Positions 36,601 to 46,300 of a DNA stretch of 64,000 nt are shown here, in pieces. Every line of letters starts with the position of its first letter. The stretch's first letter is position 1. Source of the DNA: a virus. A program made the position numbers and the translations under genes. The notes under the pieces were generated by a model that was given only the letters and a program-made list of their open reading frames with translations, did not search any database and was not told the origin of the DNA. Where the stretch lies: UHGV virus genome UHGV-1372970. One strand, 5' to 3'.

Positions 36601-37347
36601 TTATGATTCGTCTTCGTAGGCGCTCAAATACAGATCTCTCGCGTCTTCAATCAGGCTGGGATAGCGTTTCGCGGCCACTACTTCAGGTATCAGCTTTCGT
36701 AGGTATACGGCTGACAGGAGGCCATTCACGCGAGAGGATGGTTTCATCGCATCGATGTGCCGGATAACCCACATGCAGTAATCTTTCTGCATTTCCGGGG
36801 CCACCAGCTGCGGCATGTTGTGATAGCTGAAGATACTATCGTCGATGCGGATCTGTGAGCGACGGGCCAGTTTCTGCTCGAATATCTCGACAAGGTCGTC
36901 TTGCCAAAGATGCTGGGGTCGTGGGAGATTCGCCCATAGACGCTGCGCCGCGATGCTGAGTACCGTTGAGATGTAATAGTCATACGAACAGCAATACTTA
37001 TCCGCAAACTGACGAGCACGCCAAAGGGACGTCTTAACGCCCATTCCGTGATCCTGATACGCAACACGCTTCAGACCAATGCGGTATGGTGCTCGCTGGA
37101 AGTCTTCGCGGCCGTGCGTGAGCATGATGCGTGCGTACTCGACCTTATAGATTTCAGAGAACAGGCAGGTAGCGACCAGTGGGTGCATGTTGCGGTAGTC
37201 GAACCACTTCGTCGCAAACAGTTCAGTCTCACCGGCGCAGCGGGACAGTCCAATGTTCTCGGATACCCACCTGTCCATGTCGGAGGTCGACATCTCTCGC
37301 ATGAACTTGTACTTCTCGCCGTCTGGTGTGTTTAATAATCGCTCCAT
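36601..37347 (-). CDS. hypothetical protein
   Basis: ORF only. Confidence 0.45.
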   Translation of the reverse strand: MERLLNTPDGEKYKFMREMSTSDMDRWVSENIGLSRCAGETELFATKWFDYRNMHPLVATCLFSEIYKVEYARIMLTHGREDFQRAPYRIGLKRVAYQDHGMGVKTSLWRARQFADKYCCSYDYYISTVLSIAAQRLWANLPRPQHLWQDDLVEIFEQKLARRSQIRIDDSIFSYHNMPQLVAPEMQKDYCMWVIRHIDAMKPSSRVNGLLSAVYLRKLIPEVVAAKRYPSLIEDARDLYLSAYEDES

Positions 37348-37675
37348 GTCTAAATAAGCTCTTACTTACTACTTGACACAGATGATAAACGCTGGCGTGG
37401 GGTTTTGAAAGCGGAAAAGACAGGTTGTTTAGGGGGTTGGGTGAGGCTTGAACCGGAACCTTATAGAGATTCCTTCGTACCCCATAATATTTAAAAACAA
37501 AAGAGAGATATATAATAACTACCAGAGCAAGGTCTTTTAATAACACCCCAGACACAAAGAATAAGGCGCCAAAAGCGCCTTATTCTGTTGGTATTCTGGT
37601 GCTTTAATTAACCTGGCTCCAGATAGTATTTAAAGCTCTTTTTAAAATCTTTTAATTAAGGGGTACAAGCCGATG

Positions 37676-38050
37676 TTACTGCTCCAGCTCACGGCGAATT
37701 TGTTCGCCGCGCATCTCAGCTTCAGAGGCTGGTGTTTCGCGAAGTACGGCGATGGTTTCCGCGATCTGCTTAGGTGACTCGCTTGCCAGATTCATGATGG
37801 CGGCGCGAATGACGTCAGAGCGAGTAAAGCGGTTCCAGCGGTCGACGTTCTCCATGACAGAGATAAGGCTGATGAACTCGTCTTCGATGCTCATTGTGCG
37901 GCTTTTGATGCTGGACTTCCCGCGGGTAGGCCGACCCTGCGGGCGTACAGGTGAACGCATTGGCGAATTAGAGGCTTTTGCTTCAGTATCCTGAACTGGT
38001 TGCTCTTCAACAGTACGCTTGGCGAGATCGCCCATTTTTCCCATTTTCAT
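37676..38050 (-). CDS. small DNA-binding partner of ParA (ParG/ParB-like; basic disordered N-terminus, helical C-terminus)
   Basis: Directly downstream of parA. 124 aa. Confidence 0.45.
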   Translation of the reverse strand: MKMGKMGDLAKRTVEEQPVQDTEAKASNSPMRSPVRPQGRPTRGKSSIKSRTMSIEDEFISLISVMENVDRWNRFTRSDVIRAAIMNLASESPKQIAETIAVLRETPASEAEMRGEQIRRELEQ

Positions 38051-38054
38051 GACA

Positions 38055-38756
38055 CTAACCCTCTAAACTAATAAGATAATCAACTAACTCTTCAATTTCG
38101 TCTTCAGCTTTCTTGTCTCGTTCTTTGCCTTTCATTTCAAAAACAGAGCGACCAGCCTCTTCCGCATCGTCGTAGATATTTCGGTTGTAGATGTTAACTG
38201 GCACTGGCTCGATACCAAACGACTCGATAATTTCTTTTGATGCGAGTATGCGAGACACCTGGGATGGAAGCGATGGACATTGGTTCATCACTACGCGGAT
38301 CTGAACCTCTGGGTTCTCGGCTTTAACGCTCTCAAGGACCGGGTCGATGTCGCGCAAGGACTTCAGGTCCCTGCGTTTAGGCCGAAGAGGTATCAGTATG
38401 GCGTCAGCTATCAGCATGGCCTCACGCTGTATTTCAGAATCGAAACCGCCGGCGTCAACTACGATGTATTCATAACGACCGTTGAGCGATTGAAGGTGTT
38501 TGATTATTTCGTTGCCGACGAAGGCAAAAGGGAGCAGTTCGAGTTTCTTGTTGCCGCGACGATCCTCACACCAGGTTGTCGTAGTACGCTGGATGTCGAT
38601 ATCGGTGACGTGAACCTTCTTCTTCTTTTTGAGCTGCAAACAGGCTGCTACCTGCTGGGCGATGGTGGACTTACCCGGTCCGCCCTTCGTCCCACCAACT
38701 ATGATGAGTCTGGTATCCATTGTTTCGCCTTGTACTGTTTGTAGTTTTGAAAACAA
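38055..38756 (-). CDS. parA: ParA-family partition ATPase
   Basis: IIVGGTKGGPGKST deviant Walker A. Start may be MDTRL at 38721. Confidence 0.8.
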   Translation of the reverse strand: MFSKLQTVQGETMDTRLIIVGGTKGGPGKSTIAQQVAACLQLKKKKKVHVTDIDIQRTTTTWCEDRRGNKKLELLPFAFVGNEIIKHLQSLNGRYEYIVVDAGGFDSEIQREAMLIADAILIPLRPKRRDLKSLRDIDPVLESVKAENPEVQIRVVMNQCPSLPSQVSRILASKEIIESFGIEPVPVNIYNRNIYDDAEEAGRSVFEMKGKERDKKAEDEIEELVDYLISLEG

Positions 38757-38870
38757 AATGTTTTCTTATATGCCTTATAGCCTAAAGCTCACCGCTCAAA
38801 TATTCAACCAAATGTTGAGTTTTAGTGGTGGCAAGTATATAGTAAGATTTGTACGGAGAACTCCCGTACA
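38749..38870. promoter_or_regulatory. inverted repeats upstream of parA: GAAAACA-AAA-TGTTTTC and TGTACGG-N7-CCGTACA; candidate operator or centromere
   Basis: Read from sequence. Confidence 0.35.
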
Positions 38871-39027
38871 ATTTACTAGTGCAAACCGTAGAGTTTGCTA
38901 AAAAAGGAGTTTATCCAGTCGGCGCTTGTCGACTTGGTAAGATTCTGTTTTTTTAGGTATTCCCTAACCAGAACATTATCCACTCGTTAGCCAAGATGCA
39001 TTAGAAGCGGCGAGTAACGAGGTTGTT

Positions 39028-39300
39028 ATGCCCACTTTGAAAAAAGAACGTATCGATATACGACTGACCGATGAAGCTAAGTCAGTCATTGAGGAAGCGG
39101 CGATCTTGTCCAATCTAAGCGTGAGCCAGTTTGTGATAAGTAGCGCAGCAGAAAGAGCCACAGAGGTGATTGAGCAGCATCGCAGAATCGTTTTGTGCGA
39201 AGATTCCTGGAAATTGGTGATGGATGCCATCAACAACCCAGATCAACCGAATGACAGAATGAAACGAGCTGCTGAGCGCCTTAAAAATTTAAGGACCTGA
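39028..39300 (+). CDS. DUF1778/TacA-like ribbon-helix-helix antitoxin
   Basis: Resembles the DUF1778 antitoxin family. 4-nt gap to the downstream GNAT gene. Confidence 0.65.
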   Translation: MPTLKKERIDIRLTDEAKSVIEEAAILSNLSVSQFVISSAAERATEVIEQHRRIVLCEDSWKLVMDAINNPDQPNDRMKRAAERLKNLRT

Positions 39301-39304
39301 TAGC

Positions 39305-39823
39305 GTGAACACGTATGATATTGAACCAATACAGAAAGATTTTCCATACGACATTAGCTCCTTCGACTGCGGTAACGAGGCGCTAAATTTATTCCTGTCA
39401 GAACATCTTCAAAGACAGGACGAAAAGCAGATTCTGCGTGGATACGTATATCTTGAGTATGGATCTGGCTTACCAAAAGTGCTTGGCTTCTTTACTTTGG
39501 CCGGTGGGTCGTTTGAGAGAAGCCGATTTCCGTCCAAAAGCCAGCAGAAGAAAATTCCTTACACTAATACCCCATGCATAATCTTAGGGCGACTGGCTGT
39601 TGACAAAACAATCCAGCGACAAGGTATCGGGGAAATGCTGGTAGTCAAGGCTGCTAAAATAGTTCTCCAATCCGCTAACGCAATAGGTCTTCACGGTATG
39701 TTTGTTGATGCGAAAAATGATGATGCCTGTAAATTTTATGAGAATTTAGGGTTTACTAGGTTGATTGGTGATAATGAAAACCTATTCTTTTACCCTACAT
39801 CCAAAATTGCACAGCTCCCATAA
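39305..39823 (+). CDS. GNAT-family acetyltransferase toxin (TacT/AtaT-like)
   Basis: GNAT acetyl-CoA motif RQGIGEMLV. Typical antitoxin-then-toxin order. Confidence 0.65.
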   Translation: MNTYDIEPIQKDFPYDISSFDCGNEALNLFLSEHLQRQDEKQILRGYVYLEYGSGLPKVLGFFTLAGGSFERSRFPSKSQQKKIPYTNTPCIILGRLAVDKTIQRQGIGEMLVVKAAKIVLQSANAIGLHGMFVDAKNDDACKFYENLGFTRLIGDNENLFFYPTSKIAQLP

Positions 39824-39953
39824 AGTCTTTTAATTTACGACGGCTCTGGTGGCTACGAGTGAACAGTTTTACAAAATAATGAATTTACATCAAATTTACG
39901 TGCATTTCTTTGAAAGTAAAATTATCTAAAAGTGTTACTGAAAGGGGGCAACT

Positions 39954-40163
39954 GTGGCAACAACGGTGTATTTTGAAGAAACTATCTTGGATCAGGGAGG
40001 CGACCTGTCAATGGAATTAGAAATTGGTCGCTCTTCATTCTACCCTGAAGACAGCATTTACATTATTGTCGATGGCAAAACCGTAATAATGGACAGAAGC
40101 ACGGCCAAGAGATTTGTTGAGTCCATTGTTTCTCTCGGCCACTATCATGGCATGATTGAGTAA
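39954..40163 (+). CDS. hypothetical small protein
   Basis: ORF. Followed by a bidirectional terminator. Confidence 0.35.
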   Translation: MATTVYFEETILDQGGDLSMELEIGRSSFYPEDSIYIIVDGKTVIMDRSTAKRFVESIVSLGHYHGMIE

Positions 40164-40193
40164 AGATTAAACTTTCTATATTAATTCAATACA

Positions 40194-40227
40194 TAAAAAA
40201 CGCCCCTAAGCGATTTTGGGGCGTTTT
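40194..40227. terminator. bidirectional Rho-independent terminator
   Basis: AAAACGCCCC-taagcgatttt-GGGGCGTTTT. Confidence 0.7.
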
Positions 40228-40231
40228 TACT

Positions 40232-40465
40232 TTAGCTGGTGCGATTACGTTGACCCCATCCACAAACACGCTCACCGATGACATCATGCGCCAGAATCTG
40301 TCGTTTACTTTCCTGAGTCAGTGAGTCCTCTCTTGAAACGTAAATAGGGCTGGCTAAATCACAAAATAGCAAACCTTCAGGTTGTCTAGTCTCGCATCCA
40401 GTGAGCGGCAAGCTCAGCGTCAACAACGCTATCACCCATGCGCCTAACCTTACTCGTCGCTTCAT
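40232..40465 (-). CDS. o-spanin (Rz1-like outer-membrane lipoprotein)
   Basis: Signal peptide plus LTGC lipobox. Begins inside the Rz gene in another frame. Confidence 0.6.
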   Translation of the reverse strand: MKRRVRLGAWVIALLTLSLPLTGCETRQPEGLLFCDLASPIYVSREDSLTQESKRQILAHDVIGERVCGWGQRNRTS

Positions 40466-40637
40466 TTTTCATCTCTACTGTCGCCTGAAGACGTTTATTT
40501 TCTTCACGCTGATTTTTAATTTCAGCCGCACGACGAGCAGAGCGACCGCCTAAAATGTATGCCCCAAGGAGTACCGCAATGACGGCCGTAGCCGTCATCA
40601 CGAACGCTTTGACATGGGCGATTAAGCCTTCAATCAT
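40386..40637 (-). CDS. i-spanin (Rz-like)
   Basis: N-terminal TM plus coiled coil. Overlaps Rz1. Confidence 0.6.
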   Translation of the reverse strand: MIEGLIAHVKAFVMTATAVIAVLLGAYILGGRSARRAAEIKNQREENKRLQATVEMKNEATSKVRRMGDSVVDAELAAHWMRD

Positions 40638-41347
40638 TGCGCCACACCTCGCTGATACTTCCGAACCTGGGAAATAGCAATGAATACCGCCACCGCAATT
40701 GTGGCAATACCGAACACAATGCGGATCGTATCGCCACTGGTCATATTCCCTTGAGCCTTATCCATCGCCGCGCTGATCTGCGGAGCGGCGTCAGCCAGCT
40801 GCGCCAGGCCAATGCCTGCCGTCATCGTTGCGCCGGCTGTTTCCTTAGTGACAGGAATTGAGCCTGTTTTCTTAACCGGCTTCACGACACCAGCGCGACG
40901 GAGGCCTTCCTCGATCACATCCAGGTTGTACCAGGTGTTCTCAGTACGTAGTGGGCCTTTGCCGTTTTCATGGCGAATAATCGCCTCCACGGTCGGTCGC
41001 ATGATTTCGTACTGATGGAGGTCGATTTCCATATCCGGGGAGACGCCTACCGCTTTAGCGACAGCTTGAACATAGGCTTCGGTGTCGTTTTCACTCGGCG
41101 GCGCCCATCGTTCAACGACCTCGCGGATCGTGTCGATGCGAGAACCGTCCTTCGCCTTCCGCTTGTCGTGGTAGGTGATGAGTGTGACGGCCAGCGCACG
41201 CACACCCCACGTTGGATCTTTGAAGGTGGCAAAGCGAGGCTCTGCCGGGTTGTTAACCAGACCTTGCCACGGATTCGTGTTATCAAGGTTGCCTGGGTTG
41301 TTGTTGCGTATTCCTCTTGGAGTCATCCTTTTCCCCTTAGTTTCCAA
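40634..41347 (-). CDS. putative peptidoglycan hydrolase/endolysin-like protein with a C-terminal TM segment
   Basis: Positioned between the holin-like gene and the spanins. N-terminal RNNNPGNL domain not firmly identified. Confidence 0.4.
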   Translation of the reverse strand: METKGKRMTPRGIRNNNPGNLDNTNPWQGLVNNPAEPRFATFKDPTWGVRALAVTLITYHDKRKAKDGSRIDTIREVVERWAPPSENDTEAYVQAVAKAVGVSPDMEIDLHQYEIMRPTVEAIIRHENGKGPLRTENTWYNLDVIEEGLRRAGVVKPVKKTGSIPVTKETAGATMTAGIGLAQLADAAPQISAAMDKAQGNMTSGDTIRIVFGIATIAVAVFIAISQVRKYQRGVAQ

Positions 41348-41651
41348 TACCGCTTTTTACGCCATACGCTGCCAGTCCCAGCAGCAAGGCGGTGATCAGG
41401 AAAGAAGTGACCTTAGACACTACCCCACCGAAAAAGCCGCTTGAAATGGCATCCATTCGGTTCAGTAATTTGTCCAGGTTGGCGTGCTGAATGCTATGCT
41501 GGGTTGCGGTCATATCACCCAGGTATGCTTTCAGCCGCTTATCCACCTCTTCCCCAACCTCGTCGCGAAGCCCCTGCAGGACTTCTCGCGCGACAATTTG
41601 AGCGATGCGTTCCACTTCCTTGTGGCTCACACCGGGCGTTTCGTTTGACAT
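41337..41651 (-). CDS. holin-like small protein (single C-terminal TM)
   Basis: 104 aa, 11-nt overlap with the next gene. Confidence 0.35.
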   Translation of the reverse strand: MSNETPGVSHKEVERIAQIVAREVLQGLRDEVGEEVDKRLKAYLGDMTATQHSIQHANLDKLLNRMDAISSGFFGGVVSKVTSFLITALLLGLAAYGVKSGIGN

Positions 41652-41733
41652 TGATAATCCTCCATGACTGTCAAACCCAAATCCACCCGGTTATACCATA
41701 TCCCTTGAATTAAAGTAAGTAAATACTTACTAA

Positions 41734-43278
41734 CTACTCAAAATGAACAAATGTGCGTAAATCTCTGTTCTCAGCTCTGAGTTCGCTAATCTCCCGCGAC
41801 AATACCTGGATAGCACTTAAGGCGTCCATCAACAAAGGATTGGAGTCCAGCACAAGTTTTTCAATTATCTCCTGATGTTCTGATTCAATTTCATTACCTT
41901 CATCATCCTTTATGGCTGGGTGGTTTACCACACCTTTACTCACCTTCACGTAGCACGGGTCAATTTTCTGAAGCTGCTGAGCAATCACACCTCGACGCTG
42001 GCGCCCGCTCTCGTCATCGTTATAGATGAAAGTAACTAGTTTCATGGCATTGATATTACTCAACGACTTCATGCCATCTGTGGGCTTAATATCATGCTTG
42101 AGGTTTTTGTCTGAAGTTGCGGCCCACGCTACATCACCTCGCTGACTATTCCAGATCATTCCGTCGCTGCGATGATGCCAGTATTGTACGGGCGCACCAT
42201 ACCCTTTGACTTGGGTAACGAGACGGTGGTTGTTTCCGACATGCTCTTCAAACCAAAAATTCCCCCCTGCCTGACCGTTCGAGTCCGCCCCTATCGTAGC
42301 AAATTGAGTGGTTAATTGCGGAGCAACCCTTATTTCCCCTAAATTCGCAGAGGGATCATTGTCGTACTGTGCTATGATGCCGGCACGACTAGCGGCACGC
42401 ACATATAAATCGGCTTTAATACCCTGCTGAGAGCGAATATTTTTGGCAACTCGAATACTGCACTCGAACCCTAATGCGACCGGGTCATCCGCAATAATTC
42501 GGTGAGTATAGTCTGCCGTGCTATTCCCATAATGGAAGTCGATAAACGGTGTTGTATAGGAAAGCTCAATGCTTCTGGCGCTAACACCTCCATCCGTGAA
42601 GTTGGCGTTTTTCTTACCATTAATATTCCCCAAAATATCAACATCGCCAGAGCTATTAACACCAAATATTTCGGTCTGGACATCTGTAGCAGATATCCGG
42701 TCATTAGCGCTTTTGACAACAGAGAATCGCGTAGATTTCCCGACCATGAGTTTTCCCCATGTTCCGTTTTTCTTAACCAGCCCTATATCAGCGTTCTTGC
42801 CGAGAATAAAACCGGCGTCGTCGCTATCCACACTCTGTGTTCCAGTAAAATTATTCCCACCGGCAATGCTGGCCATCCCTTTAATCGCTGGTACAGTGAC
42901 AGACTTACCCGTCATGGGGTCTGTTAACGTTATATTTCCACTTCCCGTCAATGCCGCTGACCAGCCCTCAACGACACTACGCCAAAGAGAGAACACGCTG
43001 GCGAGTTGATTGGCAAAAGCTGACGTGCTGGCCGTCTCTGACGTGATAATGCCATAGGACGCCCCAGAGAACGCTGTCGTGATGTTTCGGGTAAGCGTCA
43101 GTTGCGTATCACTGTCGACGGATTTAATCGCGTACAAGTCCGCGCCCCCGCTCCGATACACGACAAGAATGGAACCCTGTTGAACGCCAAGAGCTGTCTG
43201 CGACCACTTAGTCGTTACACCGGTCACTTTCGCCTGATTTGCGGCGCCGGTTACGGTGCCTACTTCATACATACTCAT
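41734..43278 (-). CDS. side tail fibre with C-terminal intramolecular chaperone (peptidase S74) domain
   Basis: C-terminus DVAWAATSDKNLKHDIKP... matches the endosialidase/T5 pb1-type auto-cleaving chaperone. Confidence 0.65.
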   Translation of the reverse strand: MSMYEVGTVTGAANQAKVTGVTTKWSQTALGVQQGSILVVYRSGGADLYAIKSVDSDTQLTLTRNITTAFSGASYGIITSETASTSAFANQLASVFSLWRSVVEGWSAALTGSGNITLTDPMTGKSVTVPAIKGMASIAGGNNFTGTQSVDSDDAGFILGKNADIGLVKKNGTWGKLMVGKSTRFSVVKSANDRISATDVQTEIFGVNSSGDVDILGNINGKKNANFTDGGVSARSIELSYTTPFIDFHYGNSTADYTHRIIADDPVALGFECSIRVAKNIRSQQGIKADLYVRAASRAGIIAQYDNDPSANLGEIRVAPQLTTQFATIGADSNGQAGGNFWFEEHVGNNHRLVTQVKGYGAPVQYWHHRSDGMIWNSQRGDVAWAATSDKNLKHDIKPTDGMKSLSNINAMKLVTFIYNDDESGRQRRGVIAQQLQKIDPCYVKVSKGVVNHPAIKDDEGNEIESEHQEIIEKLVLDSNPLLMDALSAIQVLSREISELRAENRDLRTFVHFE

Positions 43279-43325
43279 TATCTCTTCCTTGAGATGCCGC
43301 CCACTTCCTGTAGGCGGCTTTAGTT

Positions 43326-46300
43326 TTAGAAAATACCCATTCTCACTCGGAGACGGTTGTTCGAGTCGTAAACTTCAATCTTACCATTGGAGATGGTCGT
43401 TCTGGCACTTCCCGACCCGGTGCCGTTAATCTCCATCGTGCCGTTTTTACCGATCCTCCAACCAGACTGGCCGCTGGAGTAGTTGCTCGACTGAAGATCC
43501 CCTACCTTGGCGTTGGTAATAGAGCCGTCTTTGATGTAAGCCGCGTTCATATAGGTGACGCCATTATCGATAACAAACGGCGTCGTGGTGCTGCCATTCG
43601 CGGTATTGATTAAAGCGAACCTGTCAGCCTGAACTAAGAACTGGCTTTGCAGACTTTTGCCGTCGACACCGAGAGCAATGCCGGCCGCATACTTCTGTCC
43701 CGCGCTGTTCGTTTCCATCTTCACCATCCAGGTACTGTTCAGCGAGTCGTTATTTGAAACGGCTTCCTGAAGTACCTGGATAGATGCGGTCTGGTTATTC
43801 AGAGTCGCGGTCATGTCGGTCTGGCTCTTAGCAACGGCACTCAACTGAGTGGCCTGAGTGGCCTGAGTCGACTTTATGGTTGCCACACTGGTCATAGTGC
43901 TATTCAGATCAGCCTGATTTGCAATGTTGGCCGACGCCTGAGCACTGATCTGAGACTGAAGACTCGTGTTTAAAGACGCCTGTGTGCTCTGGCTGTCAGA
44001 TATGGTCTTAGACAGCTGATCAACCTTCGACGTTGCCCCATCAACCTTCGACTGCATGGAAGACAGTTGCGACGTTTGGGCTGTCACTTTTCCGTCGATG
44101 TCGCTGACCTTCGTCTGCAACGATGAGATTGCCGTTGCGTTTGCATCCGCCGTAGCCTGTGCATCCGCAGCATCAGTGATATCGGTAATGACGAAATCAT
44201 CAATGTACGCCGCGTATCCAGGTGTGTTGGAGCCATTCTGACCACGAGTAGAAACCCATACATGGCTACGGGTTACGCTCGGACCCAGCTTCAGCACGCC
44301 ACTGAACTTGACCCACTGATCGCGTGCGCCAAGGCCTGACTCGTTGAACGTAATGCCCTGCCAATCGTTCGCACCATCTTTGTTGATCGAGTGCAGACCA
44401 ACGGCCACAGACCAGCCAGACGGCGGGGCTTCACTTGCCGGCATCATAGCCCAAAACTCAACGCGATATTTCGCGCTCTGGCGCACCGCAGAATAGGAGC
44501 CGATCGTCTTGTCTGCATTCCCACCAGTATTGGCCGGACGAATAACTTTCAGACATTTGCTGCCGGTGCTCTTGAAGTCCGTCGTTACAACCGCAGTGCT
44601 GCCGCCCAACTGCTGATTGTTGTCATAGGTTTCGAAAGTACCGTCGATCCACGGGTTACTCTGGACCTTCAGCGTATTCAGGCTACTCTTCAGGTCAGTG
44701 ACACTGCCACTCGCAGAAGACAAGTCTTTACCTTGCTGAGTAACCGTGTTCTGCAGTGACTGAAGAGCCGAAGCGTCGGCCTTGCCAGAAACCTTGTTAT
44801 TCAACGAATTAAGGCTATTGCTCAGATTCGTGATACTCCCGGTGTGACTGGAAACAGTACCCTCCGCACTGGTAACTCGCGAAGTCAGACTAGCAACCGC
44901 ATTGCTCGTCGCGTCGATGTTCACTATGTCAGTGATATCGATGAAGTAAAAATCATCGAAATACTGATTACCTGATTTTAGGGACGAGTTGATAGAGACA
45001 CCAACACTGCCAGATACCGTCGCCTTCCAAGTCCCGGAAATCTCCTTCCAGGTCGAGTCAGTGGGAAGGTCTGCCGGCTTAAACTGGAAGTCAACGAGCA
45101 GAGACGAGTTGCCGATACGCAGTTTGTTATTGCCCTGATTATCGACAACGGAGCCAGACTGACAGCGAGCAAACACGCCGATTTTGTAGGTGCGATCTTT
45201 CGTCACTACGATGCTTTGGGAGACTGCCCCCGTACCGGTCCCACATGACAGGATCTTACTTCCCGAATTTGGAGACTGAGCATTAATAACCGTAATGAAT
45301 GAAGCGCCGCCACCGAAGCCTTCCAGACCGCGCTCAAACGATGAGTTGGTCAGAAGGTTTCCAATGATTTTTTTCGACGCGTCGCTGTCCGCAACCAGAT
45401 TGGCAAGTCCGGTATTCGTGGCACTCAGGCTGTTCTGCAGGTTGGTGACATTACCGCTCTGCGTGGAAATATCCTTACCTTGCTGCGTTACCGTGTTCTG
45501 CAGTGACTGAAGCGCAGTTGCGTCAGCTTTCTTGCCGATGTTGCTGTTCGCTGTTGCCAGTCCATTCTGGAGACTCGTGATTGCGCTACTGGACGAGGTA
45601 ATATCTTTACCTTGCTGCGTTACCGTGTTCTGGAGTGTGGTAATCGCCGATGCGTTTGCATCTGCTTTCATCATCACGCCACCAGCTGCCCCAAGCCCCA
45701 TCATTACGCCGTTCACGAACTCAACAGAGGTCGAGACAAATGCGCTCTGATCACTACCAGTAGGCGAACGAAGCTCCAGACCGTCACCTGCCTTCATGCC
45801 CTTACGGCCAAGCAGGATGTAGGCGCCGCGATAAGGCAGCGAGGCGAGAACCTCACTCGTTCCGCCGAGTAACTCAATAGCGGCATAAACACTTGAGCGA
45901 GATCCCGTAGGCTCATCGTATGTCATTACACACGCATAGACACCGTTGGCCAGCGCTGCAATGTCATCCGACATTGTTTTGCCGTTATTGGCAGAACCAA
46001 AAACGTCATACGTCTTGCTGGTGTCGATGGAAGTCGAACCATCGCTATTTGCTTTAAACGTTACCAGCGCATAGCTACGGCCAGGGGCAAACACTTTTAC
46101 CCCGGACTCGTCAAAAATCCCGTCCTTCGCGCTGGATCCATTCCCTCTAGAAGTAATGGTAAACACTGTGCGACGAGTCAGAGACGCCTGAAGAGATGTC
46201 ACATTGGCATTCGATGCAGTAATGTCTTTACCCTGCTGGGTTACGGTATTCTGCAGCGTTTGCAATGCGGAAGCATCCGCCTTTTTGCTTACGTTTGCGT

